From: Klebsormidium nitens
Lineage: Eukaryota; Plantae; Klebsormidiophyceae
Reading direction: 5' to 3'
Assembly: GCA_000708835.1 (NCBI GenBank)
Contig: DF237331.1
Location: 1-64,000 of the forward strand
DNA length: 64,000 bases
In this document: one piece after another, positions 49,733 through 62,000 of the stretch
Layout: each line of letters begins with the position of its first letter
Position numbering within the stretch: the stretch's first letter is position 1
Notes under the pieces: model-generated
Seen by the model: the letters and a program-made list of their open reading frames with translations, nothing else
What the model was told of the DNA's origin: nothing
Databases searched by the model: none
Program-made: the position numbers and the translations under genes

Positions 49733-50939
49733 CGAGGGCAACCATTCCGACTCGTCAAACAAGGCGCTTGGATATTTGAAAGTAGAGAGGCTGGCTATTG
49801 AGAGTGCCAGGGAATAATGAGACGAAAGAAAGGGGCGGATTGTGAGAACGCTAACTAAGATCGGTTGACCAGTCATGGCTCAGGAATTACAAAGAGCAGC
49901 AACTTTGATGCGGGTTAAAGCACCACTTACATGCCCTCTCAGCCAGATTCCTCGTATCTCCTCCATGAAGGGACTACCTTCAAAAGCAAGCGAAAGCGAC
50001 GATAACCAAAATGGCCAAAAACGGAGTGCTCACACTCGCTTTGCAAGTACCTAGGATACGACACCAAGTCCTGTTTTGTAGCCTGCTTTTGCTGCTGGAC
50101 CATTCCGAGTGTTAGAGTTCTTTCCGCGATCATGCATATGAGACCACTGACCCATATATTAACGTGGTAAATGGCATCTTTCAAATCTCGGAACCGGCGT
50201 GTGCCATGCACAAAGAAAGGACTCGCAACTTTCCGGTAGCGATGAAAAAATTTGTGGGCGCCTGGAAGAAGAGCCCTTCTGCAATAAGGGCCCCTTATAC
50301 ACACGACTACTGCCTCTTCATTGGTACATCCCTGGCTTGGCATGATTATCAGGTCCTCCGGCAAAATTCGACGTTATCGCAGTTTTCTCAGCCGCACTGA
50401 GACCAATGTCCCATATAGTCTGGAGGTATGACATGGAACGACAACGACGTCCCTATTTTACCTGGTCGATTCCCATCTCCTCTGATCACAACACCAATTC
50501 ATTTGGGTGTGGCGGTCCATCCGCGCAATATTGTTGGGCTAGACGGCTTCAAGAGGACAGACATGGGTCATGCAGTAGCTAGCTCGGGGAATTGAAGCGT
50601 CGTCCTACCACTTGTGGCGCGCCCGGCTCTTTCACAACGGCGCCATTTGGAAGCTTTAATTATATCCTTGCCAATCGACCTGACGAACAAATGCTGAACA
50701 TCGATGTTCAGCATTTGTTGTACAACTGAAATTGGCAAAAGCTGATCAGCTTTTGCCAATTTCAGTTGTAAAAAGAATCATATGCTGCTTTCAAAGTCTT
50801 TGTGCCAAGCGCAAAACGCTTTTGGTTGATACGAGTCGACTCGAGCAGATCTCCATGGATTATCGTAGGTGCCCAGTACGGAAAATCGTTGACGCAGGGA
50901 TATTACCCTGCGGAGCGACTGAAAGAGAACGTCGAGCGA

Positions 50940-53500
50940 AGAGGTCGACTCGAAGTCGTGGCTCGGACGTGTCAAATGTGCAGGACAATGATATGAGGTC
51001 TATGTGGCCCAACATAGCAGCATAGTAGCGTCCTCCTGGCACGAGACGTAATCAAACGTACACAGAACCCCTCTCCTGGAGGTTCTCGCGAGCCTCCATG
51101 ACAATTTCGAGTCGTCTTAAGTAGATGATTGCTAGCGGAGCTGCAGAACTCGGATTTGGGCACAGCTTGCCGCATAACAGGAAGCGGCGCGTAGTATGAC
51201 GCGAGCTTGCGTTCGGCTTGTAGTGCCCTGCCTGCCCTTTCGAAACATGAGCAGCAAACACTTGGACAAGATTCGTTTTGGTGTAAACCAAGTGGTACAT
51301 TCCAGCAAAAGGTGGTACGACAGGGTTATCTGGACCTTCCGACTCGGTAAAACTGGACGAGCCAGGGAGAATCAAACTCTACTCGTCTGTACATTTCCTG
51401 AACGAAAGGCAGAGCTGGAGAGAAATGCCCGGATCTCACGCCATCAGAGTGATGTCGACGCCCTCGATCGGCAGATTTGACTCAGCTTACGCAAGTCGGG
51501 CGCTGATTAGGGGCTTAATACTCAGGTATGATTCGTTGAAGCCGTTAGATAGATGGTTATCAGCCCAGTAAGCAATCTGTGACGAAGCCTTTGGAAGAAC
51601 TTTACAGCGTATGTCCGTCTGTGCCCAAACCCGCAATACTATAGAATGGGATCACCTCCGAAGGAGCAACTTCACGTACAATCGCCTTCAAACATAGATT
51701 CCGTACGCCTTGATTCAAAAGCCTACAAAGACAGCGGCTTTGAAGCAAGAACTGGCTCAAGGGAACGACACCAGAAGGACACTGCCTCTGATTCTCGTGT
51801 ATCAAAAGTGGCAGCAATTATGCTCCTTGCCAGTCGATTAGGACGAACGGTGAACAAGCTCGGCTTCTGGGCACCGCTTACGTGGGGAGGTCTCCATACT
51901 GACCATGTAAGATCAGGCGAACTAGATCATGCCTAGTGTGGTGATCTTGTGACGAATTAAAAAGGTGCTCAAAGCTTGATCTACTTCAATCGACGAAGGG
52001 CCGTGCAAAGGTAGCACTTGCTTGCTCGCGGCTTAGACGGATACAGAGAAAGTCTGATGCGGCTAGCCCATGGCACCAGATCAACGTCGTCTTCTTGACC
52101 AGTACGAGAACACCCAAACAGTGTCCTGAAGTATCTCCGGCCACCTTTTTTACACGCCCTCGAGTCTGTGGGGCCCGCCAAGGCCAGCGACTTTACTAGC
52201 CTTTCCCGCATCTGCAGAAACGCAAGGATCTGCCCTGCGGCGCAACAGAAGAAAACGTCGGGCAAAGAGGGGAAGCGCGGACGTCTTCATCACGTCGTGT
52301 GGCTCGGACGAGTCAACATACGTGCTGCAGAAATTAACGATTGCTCGATCATGGGCCCATCATGAAATTATAGTATGATTGGCGTTTTCCTGGCTCGACA
52401 CATTCAAACTTACAGAGAACCCTCCCCTGAATGCTTCTCACTAAGTTCACAGCGATCTCGAGTAACTGTAAGTTGCTGTATTCCAGCGCATGAGCTGCAA
52501 ATGTCACTCGGGCACAGCTTGCCGCAGAAGACGAGGCCGCATGTAGTATGACGCGTTTTGCTTTTGGCTAAGGGTGCCCGAACTTCTCTTTAGAACCTGG
52601 GCAGCAAGCCACTGGACGCGATTCGTTTTCGTGTAAACAAAGTACAGGTACGTTCAAGAAAAAGAAGGGTAGGAAAGGGTCATCTTAGGCTGGACCTTCC
52701 GACTGCCAGCCGGCTTGGTAAACTGGAAGAGATGCCAGCCAGGAAGCACAAACACTCTTCCAAGCACGTTTGACGGTACGTTCCTGAACAATAGGCAGAG
52801 CTGAAGACAAATACCCGGAGCTCGCGCCGTCGAAGTCATGTCGACGTTCTCGCTCGGCAGACTCGACTCAGCTTACGCAAGTCGGGCCTGTAGGGGCCTG
52901 ATTCTTGAGTAATGAATCGTTCAAGATGTTAGATGGTGTGTGAGGCCACTAAGCAATGTGATGAAGCCTTTGAAAGAACTTGACAACGCGTGTGAGTCTG
53001 TGCCCAAATCCGCAATACTTTAGAATAGGATCACCTCCGGAGTAGGAATTTCAAGTACGACTGCCTTCAAACATAGGCTCCGTGCGCTGGCACGGACTCA
53101 ACAGCCTACAAAGAAAGCTACTTTTAACCAAGAACTGGCTCAAGGGATCGGCACCGATGGGATACTATCTTTGATTCTTGTGTATCAGAAGTGGCACCAG
53201 TCGAAATATGCTCCTTGCCAGTCGATGAGGGCAAACGGTGGGAAAAGCTCGGCTTCTGGGCACCGCTTACGTGGTGAGGTCTTCGTACTGACCACTGAGA
53301 ATCAGGCGAAGTACACGAAGCGCCCATTGTTTATGATTTCACAAAGAAGGGGCTCGAAAGTCGATGTATTTTGAAACGACATCAGAGAGCCTTGCAGGAA
53401 AAGACTCGCTCGCTCGCGGCTCAGGTCGGAGAAGAGTGACTTCATGCTGCTCATGGCACCATGGCACCAGATCAACGTCGTCGTCTTGGCCACGAGACAA
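50940..53500 (+). repeat. Direct tandem duplication, ~1.39-kb period
   Basis: gactcagcttacgcaagtcggg 51479/52865; ctcggcttctgggcaccgcttacgtgg 51859/53248; tggcaccagatcaacgtcgtc 52071/53462. Confidence 0.85.
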
Positions 53501-55851
53501 AAAGCCAAACAGTCAATAACTGAAGTTTCTCCGGGAACCGTTTCTACGAACCTGTTGCCTCGAATCAATCTGTCCTTGGACCCCAAAGAATGGGTATCGG
53601 ACACCGTCAGGTTGCAGCTGCCATAAGCCGAGCGCTTCGGAAGCGAACCTGCCCCGAACCTGCTTTTTCAAGACCAGACACGCATCGACCGGGCTCGATT
53701 GGTGAAAGCACCGGCCAAATGAGAGTATACAGATCCTATTCCGCTTCGGCGCTTTGATAATCCCACTGGGCTCGGTGAATGAACGAGCAGTCAGCAAGGC
53801 ACCACCAGTCCACCATACATTCTCGAACGGTTTCGCAGCACTGCGCTCATAATCGGAAACAATCACAAGCCGGCCGTAACACGTCGATGCAGGCTCTGCA
53901 TAGAGCGATTGCTGGACAGAGCGATGGCTTGACAGGGCAACTTGTGAAGGATGCGGGTCAGCATGCATCTATGCCTTGATAATGATATCGATCGAGAAGT
54001 AAGAGACACAAAAGCATGACGTACAGGGAACGCCCACTCGTTAGGACTCTGACAATAGCTTTTCCGGCCTTAGGTTTCGGGTGGCGCGAGTGATCCCGGC
54101 CTTTTGTGTTGCATGCATACTTGGCAGATAGTTTGAGTGGCTGTATCCTGGAAGCCTTTAAAATAAGTCGCGACTGTATTTCAGAATGAGTGACAGAGCC
54201 CCGGGTCACCCCCGGATGGACTCGCATAAGTGGCATCACGTAAATTCGGGCTGCCCGGATATCTGGCGGGCGGTGGAGCCAGCGCCGTTTGATCAACCAC
54301 CTGTCCTTGCCACCTTAAGTTAGACATTGAGACCTAATGAGCGCGCTGATCTTTTTCTCCCGACGCAGCTTGAAAGTGCAATTCCAAGTCAAAAGGCTGA
54401 ACCGCCTGGTTGAAGCGGGAGCTTCTCGTCTTTGAAAAAACCCGTCGGCTTTCTTTTGTGTACGGTTGAAGTTCACAACAGAAACGGTTGCTGATTGAAG
54501 CTGATCAAGCCTTGATTGCTTGCATGCCAGGAGCGACTACTAGATCTATCCTGATTCATGCCTGATCGAAGGCAGGCACATAATGGAGGACAGACTGCAA
54601 TAACCCCCATAAGCGGGCATGAAACGTGCGTGGACACGATTGTATCACAATGGGGCCCAGATTGGTCGGCCAGGTCTTTCGAATCCTTCGACTCATGATC
54701 TGCTCGTCGATCCGTCAATGTTAAGGTTTGGGTTCTACTAAGTGTGCCCTTCCCAAGCTTTAAAAGCTCCCGGCCGTTTGAGACTGAGACCGACTTTGAA
54801 GGTACCTTAGTTGTACGACCTAAATGATGCATGCTGAAGGGTGACCGAACCAGGCCATGAAGCGTTGGTAAAGGTGGAGCTCGGACTCATCAGATTGAAA
54901 GTTGGACGCTTGCAGCCTTTCCCCTAGGGCCCGCACACGTTGCGATCCCCCTTGCCACCAATTAAAACACACCTGGAAGATCGAAAACCTCTTCAAGTGA
55001 CTATGACGGTAAGCCATGACACTTTGCCAGACCCATATGGTAAAGCGTTGAAGTTTTGGGCCCTTACGCAATAATGATCCGTACATACCGAAGAAAGAAA
55101 CCGCGAGCGGCTTCAAAAGAGGGTGCGCCAACGAGCTCATGAGAAAATAAACTTCTCGAATTCCACGGGTGTTGTCACGAGCTAGCTGCCAAGAATGATC
55201 GGATGGTCACCCCACTGCCATCGACAACACTCGGTCTCAAGGGCCAAGAAAATTCAGCTTTCAAGCTCAAACGCCGGCTGGTTCCAGTCCAAGTCAAGGC
55301 GACAGGACCGTCAAAGATGCCGCAATGCCTCTAAACGCCAGCTGGAAATTGGCCGTTTAACAAAGCAGACTCTTCTTCACAAGGGGAAGCAGAGCACCAA
55401 CCTAACATCAACAATCCTTTCAATCCAAGTTACGCTGCCACTATTTCACAAAGAAAAAAGCAAGAGCTGAGGATCCAATGCAAAGCGATAGCGGATCTGT
55501 GACATAGGAGGAGCAGTGCCTCCTTGAAAAGCAGGCGCTCCGTCTCTTCATCATTCCCGGTCCCTTATCAATCTCGCCGATCGAGTGGCCTGACGGGCGG
55601 CTAGTGGTGCAAACAAAGTCATTCAAATTCCACAAAAAAGACTGCCGTTGTGCAAAAAAGACTCAAATTCCCACTCGGTCGCCTGAGACCTCGCACAAGA
55701 CGGACTTTCCAAACACATGCTCAGAACCTCCATATGTGCGTGTCAAAAGAGACATTGGGCCAAAGCTCCCACTTAAGACGGCATCAAGTGCAGGTTCGAA
55801 GATGGGAAGGGCTCGATATTTGACAGATTCTTACAAACGGACTGTGGCTAC

Positions 55852-56052
55852 TTAAAGGGACCCCATGACGTTACTCAGTGCGCTTGCTTGTTCTGGTGGC
55901 AAAGCTGCTAGAGTCGGTTGTAGATGTGCTTGATATCTAGCCTGCAGGCTTTTCAGGGCGACTCCTACGCCTTTCTTGATCTCTTCGTCTATGCTATCCT
56001 CGACTACGGTTTGACCAAACACACTAACTATCTGCGGGATCAGCGGCGCTAC
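55852..56052 (-). CDS. IPO4: Importin-4 terminal exon (201 nt) VAPLIPQIVSVFGQ...MGSL*
   Basis: ttgcag| ... TAA; resembles the importin-4 C-terminus. Confidence 0.88.
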   Translation of the reverse strand, partial: VAPLIPQIVSVFGQTVVEDSIDEEIKKGVGVALKSLQARYQAHLQPTLAALPPEQASALSNVMGSL

Positions 56053-59000
56053 CTGCAAGAACGTTAAACGAAGTAGTCAAGAGACGCCTTCCCCGCCAAG
56101 ATATTATTATCGCTTGGCTACGGTTGTTTATGAGAACCTGGTAAAGGTACGGACACGGAGACCGAGCCCTCTTGTTGCTGGCTTTTTAACACGAGACAAT
56201 AGCTGTTGCGATATACGAAAGCACAGTAAAGTTCGAGGCCAATAGAGCGCAGGTCTTAACAGTGTACTATTTTGCAGTTTCTGACTAATTTACATTCAGC
56301 GGGCAGACGAAACAGAAAAATTTACAACAATTATTCCGATCCTCGAAAGGGAAACAGCCCGGCTGGGTCCCAGATGCGGGCCACGTCTCCAGAAAAGTAA
56401 TTATTCTGATATTAATGACCAGAACATCCCTCTGCACATTTCTCCTGGTCAAGAAGATGTTTGACGAGTGTGAAAAAGCCCTCACACCCAAAGCGCTGAA
56501 GGACCACAGATGGGGCCCAAAACAAACACACCGAAAGCAACCACTACTCCTCACCTCGTTCGGCGAGTGTTCGATGAGTGTGAACAGGCACCCGTACACC
56601 ACACCAGCTTCGTCAAGATCTTCCGTGAGCGGGAGCGCTTGCAGGAACACCGGCAAAACCTGAGCGATCGGCATGACGCCAGGGCGCGCGAGAATCATCC
56701 GAGCGACCGCGGCGGCGGCGTTATCTCGGACGCCAGGTTCTTCGTCCGGGGAGAAGAGCGGGTAAAGGGCAGACAGGAGGGCGGGGTAGTGTCTGATGGA
56801 ACGGGTCAAGGGCCAAACGAACAAGTATTTCTGCGAGCTGAAACTGCAGATAATCAAACAGCCAAGGAAGACTCCAGTGTCAAAAGTGGATAGAGCGACG
56901 GGGTCAGCGCCTGAACCCAGGTCAAGGGTGAGACTCCTGTTTTGCCGTGTCACCTCCAAGACGTTGGCAACTGTGATCGAGCGGGTCTACGACGCAGTTC
57001 CATCAAAGGAAACGAATGCTAAGTCCAAATTGTGACTCCGCTCGCTTCAAGCAAGCTGGTGGCGCAAGAACACCAACTAGAGAACGATTTGCCAACTTTC
57101 GCATTGGAAACATAAAAGCAGTCGGTCAGATAACGGTGCTGAGGATACTGTTGGGCCTGCTCCGGCGCGTGCTCGCAGAGCTTCCCCACGCAGTAGGACG
57201 CGTTCCGCCTGCTGGGGCCCTCCTCGCAGCCGAGCTCCTGGATAGCCACTGGCAGCACCGCCTGCAGTGACAAAACACGTCTCGTTCTAGTTCGCAAAGG
57301 AGTGTCGACCAAGGACAACGGCTCTCAGAACCTCAGTCGCTCATCCTGGAACTAGTACTCACATGTAAGGAAGCAACGCCGATACTCGCAGAGTCTGATC
57401 GATGTGGAACGAAAAAGCGCGTCTTGCGCACAAGGTGCAACCTTTTAACCTTTTGACCCTGGAAAGTCCCAACCAAACGTCTTGGCAACAGCAGGACATG
57501 TAAGGCGCCAGCTCACTCCTGTTTGCAAAAAGTACCACGGTCCAGCAGATATGTACACGTACAGACGAAGGTACGAAGGGAAATGAAGACTGTTCGAGTG
57601 CGGATGGTATTTAATTTGCCTGGGCTGTAACCTGACCGTTTGTATTTCGAGACACTGCTTCGAGCTCATCTTCATCTTTGCGTCTTGTGACCAGAAAAAG
57701 GCCCTTTCAGGAACGCTCCCCAAGCTCCTTTTTTCCAAACTCCTTTTCTGAGCGCAGGCTTCTTCTGATCCCATCCTGTCTTTGCACAATTCTGCTGCAT
57801 GAGAATCGGCCTCCGACGTGGAGAGTGATGGCGAGCTCTAGTACTCACATCCACGTATAGAGCAATTGGCGGCCCCATCTCTCGTGCCACCTCTGCCACA
57901 GTGGCGACCGCCATGGTCCTGTCGCTAGGTGGCCTGGTCGCCTTCTGCAGCATCGATCAACCAACCTCATCAGACACACCCTTGCTATAAGGCACCCGTA
58001 TTAACAGAAGCTAAATCTTTGCGAAAGAAGAAGAACAATTCAGAGAGTCTCTCATGTACTAGTCGTGTACTTTACCTACAAAATTACTCATGAGGCGCGG
58101 CTACAAAAGCGCTCTCGCTGAACGAGCCATTTCCGAGTCTGCTGACACAAAGATCGACAGAACTGCCCCCTAAAGTGCAAAAGTTATTACCCAAAGCTAA
58201 TTGGCCATGCTGGGCAACGTCGGCACTTGGGACACAATGAGGAGAAATTTCCAATTGAAAACGGGGTACTCATCACAAAGCAAAAAGCACTCATCTCTTC
58301 TTCGAGAAGCCCAACTCAAAAGAGAGCAAGAAGGGAATCTTTGCCAATGCCAAAGTCGTCGCGAACAAGACAAACCGCCGACTCGCAAAAGGGTAATGAA
58401 AAGTCTACATTCACGGCAAAAATGATGTCCTTATAATCGATCAAAAACGATCTAAGGACAGCAAGGCAGCAGCCCAGCGTGCGCCTTCCCAATCAACTGC
58501 ATATACCTATATAAAAAGAACCGAACTTGAGCTACTCACCGCGAACTTCCAGAGCGGCACAAAGTGCTCCGCGAACAGCGGGGCATATGCCGGCCCCAGG
58601 GCGGCCGCGAGCGCGGGCATGAGGTCCGTGGCGGCGTCCATCAGGACCTCGTCGTGCTCTTGCTCCTCGTCGTCGCCGTCCGAATCGCTCGGGGCGTCCA
58701 CCAGCTGACACGTGGCCTCCTGCTCCAGGAACTCGAGGACCGCTTTTGAGATCGGCTGTACGACTGCAAGGAAAGCAGGAGGCGTCTTTGTATTCGATTG
58801 AAGGTGAGGAAACCGACAGAAAAAATGAGGAAGGGAATTGCTGACACTTGTTCGAGGAGCTCGAGGACCCCTTTCGCGATCAGCTAGACGACTGCGAAAA
58901 GGGGGGGAGAAGTTTCGAATGTAAAGAAAGCCGGGGGAGAAAGCGGGTGAAGAGATTCACGGACATTAGCTGACGAGTGGCCTTGTGCTTGAGGAAATCC

Positions 59001-62000
59001 AAGACCGCCTTCGAGATGGGCTAGACGACTGCGCAAAAGCGAAAAGCAGGACTTGAGAAGAAGTCCCCAGAAGTGTCACGGGTCGAACGCCAGACGAAGA
59101 GACTGCTCCTGAAGAGATGTTGAGCCGTTTGTGTAAAACGCGTTTCTGCCTGCGCGGCACTCCCGCAAGGTGACTGCCGGTAAAGAGGGGGCACTCAATT
59201 ACATCGCAGTCAAAACACACAGTTGGCACAGACGCTTCTTGAGAGCTCGCCTGCAGTAACTTCTACTATAGGACACAACGCGGGGTGATTAGGGACAGGC
59301 GCAGCTAAGCTCAGCTGGAGTCAGCGTCAGCCTATTGTTCAGATGCTACTCGGACCTTGCTTGGAAGACTGGCACCTTGGCCTATTGACAGCATTCGCTT
59401 GAATTGCTGGGTTGCAGGCCGCTTGGATCACCTTGTTTCGAAACGCTTAACCTGGGCCATATACTCTTGAGTGTTGCTTTGGCTTACATGGCTCGATGCC
59501 GGGCATCCCAATGCTCCGAACGACAGCAGCCAGGGACTCGCACGCCTGCGCAACGGTGTTCTTGTCGTCGTCTTGGTCGAACGTTCGCAGGTACGTTTCC
59601 ACGATGACGTCTGCAACGAAGGAAGGCCGTCAGAAATACATTGAACCTCCAAAAATGACTGCGGATTTGTGAACTTAGTGCACTGAGAACAGCCTCACTG
59701 TAAAATTGGCCTCAAAAGCCTCAGATATGAAAATGGGGCAAGAAGCGTCCGTGTATTCGTCGTAGTCGAACGTCTGCAGGCGTCCTTTTTCATCAGCTCG
59801 ATGCACGCAGAAAGGGCGTCAAAAGTGACGCAACAAGGAATTTTAGCTGCGGTCACTTCTGAAGGGCACCTCGGTAGTGACCAAACTTATGGGCGTGAAG
59901 GTGCAAGCAACGGAGGTAGTGCCTTTCGAAGCCGCTTTGAAAACGTGGCCACTGAAGAGCGACGTTCACAAATGCTGTGTGATCCAAAATGAGATACAGT
60001 AAACAAATACAGGAAGCTTTGCAACTTCTGGCGACTTCTGAAAGTTCCAAGTGCCCACCTAGAACGTGTTTGACTTGAGGTGGAAGAACCTGCAGAAAGC
60101 GAAAGCAGGCAATCTGGTGAGAGAGATGATTGTTCTTGGACTGAGACCCGCAAAGATGAAACATGCTTATGGCACTGAGGCTGCTGCTCGGCTGCTTATT
60201 GAAACGACCCGTTTATGGAGGCCTGAGAAGCCAGAGCAGACATACCGATTCGCATCCTAAAGTTGGGAAAGCAGTGACGAACGGCTGTTGAATTCGAGAC
60301 GCACATCGAAAGCACTGGCGGCTTCAAAGAAATCAGGGACCCAGGAGAACCCAGGAACAAAGACTTACTTTGGAGGGGGGGATGGGGAAAGCGGTCACTG
60401 TCGCTGACAGCAGATCTGCAAGAGCATACGCGGGTTGCAGTGAGAAGCAGCTAAGGAGAGGAAGCCCCGTGCGTCGAGAGAAGGGAGGACAGGATGGAAA
60501 CAGCCTCATCACGGTTGTTCACTGAATGGTAACGGCTGTGTTGCAGCTTCCATATGGAACTGAATCTCCTCGGCTTGGCGCCCGATGCGAAATCGAGGAT
60601 GTGGAGCTGGACTTGATCATCAGATTTTTGACACAGGTCTGAGAGCCCCAGTCCAAAGAGGCGGTTCTGCTTGGAGTACTGGACGGGTCAAAATTCAAGT
60701 AACCGCAGCAAACTGCAGGATGGCTCTTGCATCTCGCAAAATCAAACTACACGATGCGTTCCAGCCTACTGATTTAGACAGATGCTTTTCGAGCAGATAA
60801 CGGTTCCAAGACGCCATTCGGCTGTTCGAATGCCAATGGGGCACTCCACTTGCAGATATGTGACTTGACCTTCTTATGACGAAGTTATTTTCTGGCAGGA
60901 TGCAGTTCTGGTACCAAATGGTGTCTACAGTATAAGGTCAAGAGCTATCAGTAGTGCAAGATTCCTGTAAGCACGGCCTCAGTAAACACTCGTTGAAGAT
61001 CGACGTGTCCCTGTCTAGCCAAGTGTCATCTCTCGGCTTTCGAGTGACGTCACCAACAGACTGGCTGAGACAGTTGCTTCCTCTCGCATGTGATAAAATC
61101 ACAACGGCTAGAAGGAGAGCCGGCTGTGGAAAGAACCATGCTTCGGACATAGAAGACCACTTATGAATTGAAGCTCACGAGATTGATAAGCTTGTGGATT
61201 TGTCGCACGCACTCGTAGCAGCAAAACGCGGCGACCGATCGTAGAAGCAAAACGCGGGGACCGAGACTAAAACAAGATGCATTAAAACCCGCGCATACGA
61301 ACTGCAAAAAGCATTGAAAGAAGAGCATAGCTCTTGGAAACGACGTTTATTTGCTAAGCCGAAAGTGAGCTCACGTGTCAGCCGAAGATTGGCCGAAAAG
61401 GGATGCGTCCTTCAAAGCAGGCTCGAACCATAACCAGAGTCACCAAAACGTTGTAAACTTTCTAACTCCGAATTTTGCGACAGCAAAAGTTTGTCGCGTG
61501 TATGCGTTGTCCCTTCTTCATCATCGGTCCACTTTCAGGTGTCCAGCGACAGTAGCTAGAAGTAGGGCGGGGATCGCTCTCGCACAAGAGTAATGACCAG
61601 AGAGGCCACGTGGGTAGGGCCGTCTGGAATAGGATCATGCGTTTTGCCAAGGGCTAGAGCTTGCGGTTTAGATCAGTCCCACGACGAGAAGGTCGACATC
61701 GCCGCACACTAGCAAATGCGATCGGAAGCTTCACCCAAAAGCTGGGGGTCTAGCACAGGTGAGTGAACTTTGAACGAAGAGGGCTCTGAAGAGCAGAGAG
61801 CAACGTTGTCTCCCCAGCCGTGTGCTTCGGTAAGCATCGAAGTCGAGCATAGCTAGTACAAACCCAGCCAGAATGCTGTTTAAGCTTCCAGCATTTGTCG
61901 CAATGTCTGAGCTAGGCTAGCAACAACCGTCACGTTGGTCTGCATACGCGCGAGATACGGCTTGACACCGAGGTTGGAGGAAGAGTTCAAAGTGTTCCCA

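Larger units (their letters stand above)
15490..54960 (+). pseudogene. Dispersed array of >40 decayed copies of an unrecognised coding module (W-[HR]-[QH]-x-x-[VP]-[LIF]-[LF]-A core), interrupted by the LTR nest and a MITE
   Basis: Related motifs recur, all on the + strand. Type A tggcaccagatcagcgtcctcctggcc (15811, 19268, 23456, 24508, 25643, 28570, 36797, 39270, 42638, 44788, 47289, 49192, 52071, 53462). Type B tggcgccatctggatgtcatccttgcc (15500, 18883, 38949, 40897, 46962, 49022, 50638). Type C cagcgccgtcgagtcgagcagcccttccttgcc (~17870, ~21760, ~27355, ~28820, ~37624, ~40095, ~43857, ~45640, ~47710, ~54278). Stops and frameshifts flank all copies. Confidence 0.55.

Noticed and set aside
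15490-54960. CRISPR-like or recombination-site array interpretation of the recurring motifs
   Set aside because: Copies are highly degenerate and irregularly spaced (~170-1500 bp), the intervening DNA is itself duplicated, there are no cas genes, and the context is eukaryotic.
56285-56959. 224-aa ORF as a standalone gene
   Set aside because: It is importin-4 exon 56555-56792 read through into flanking introns.
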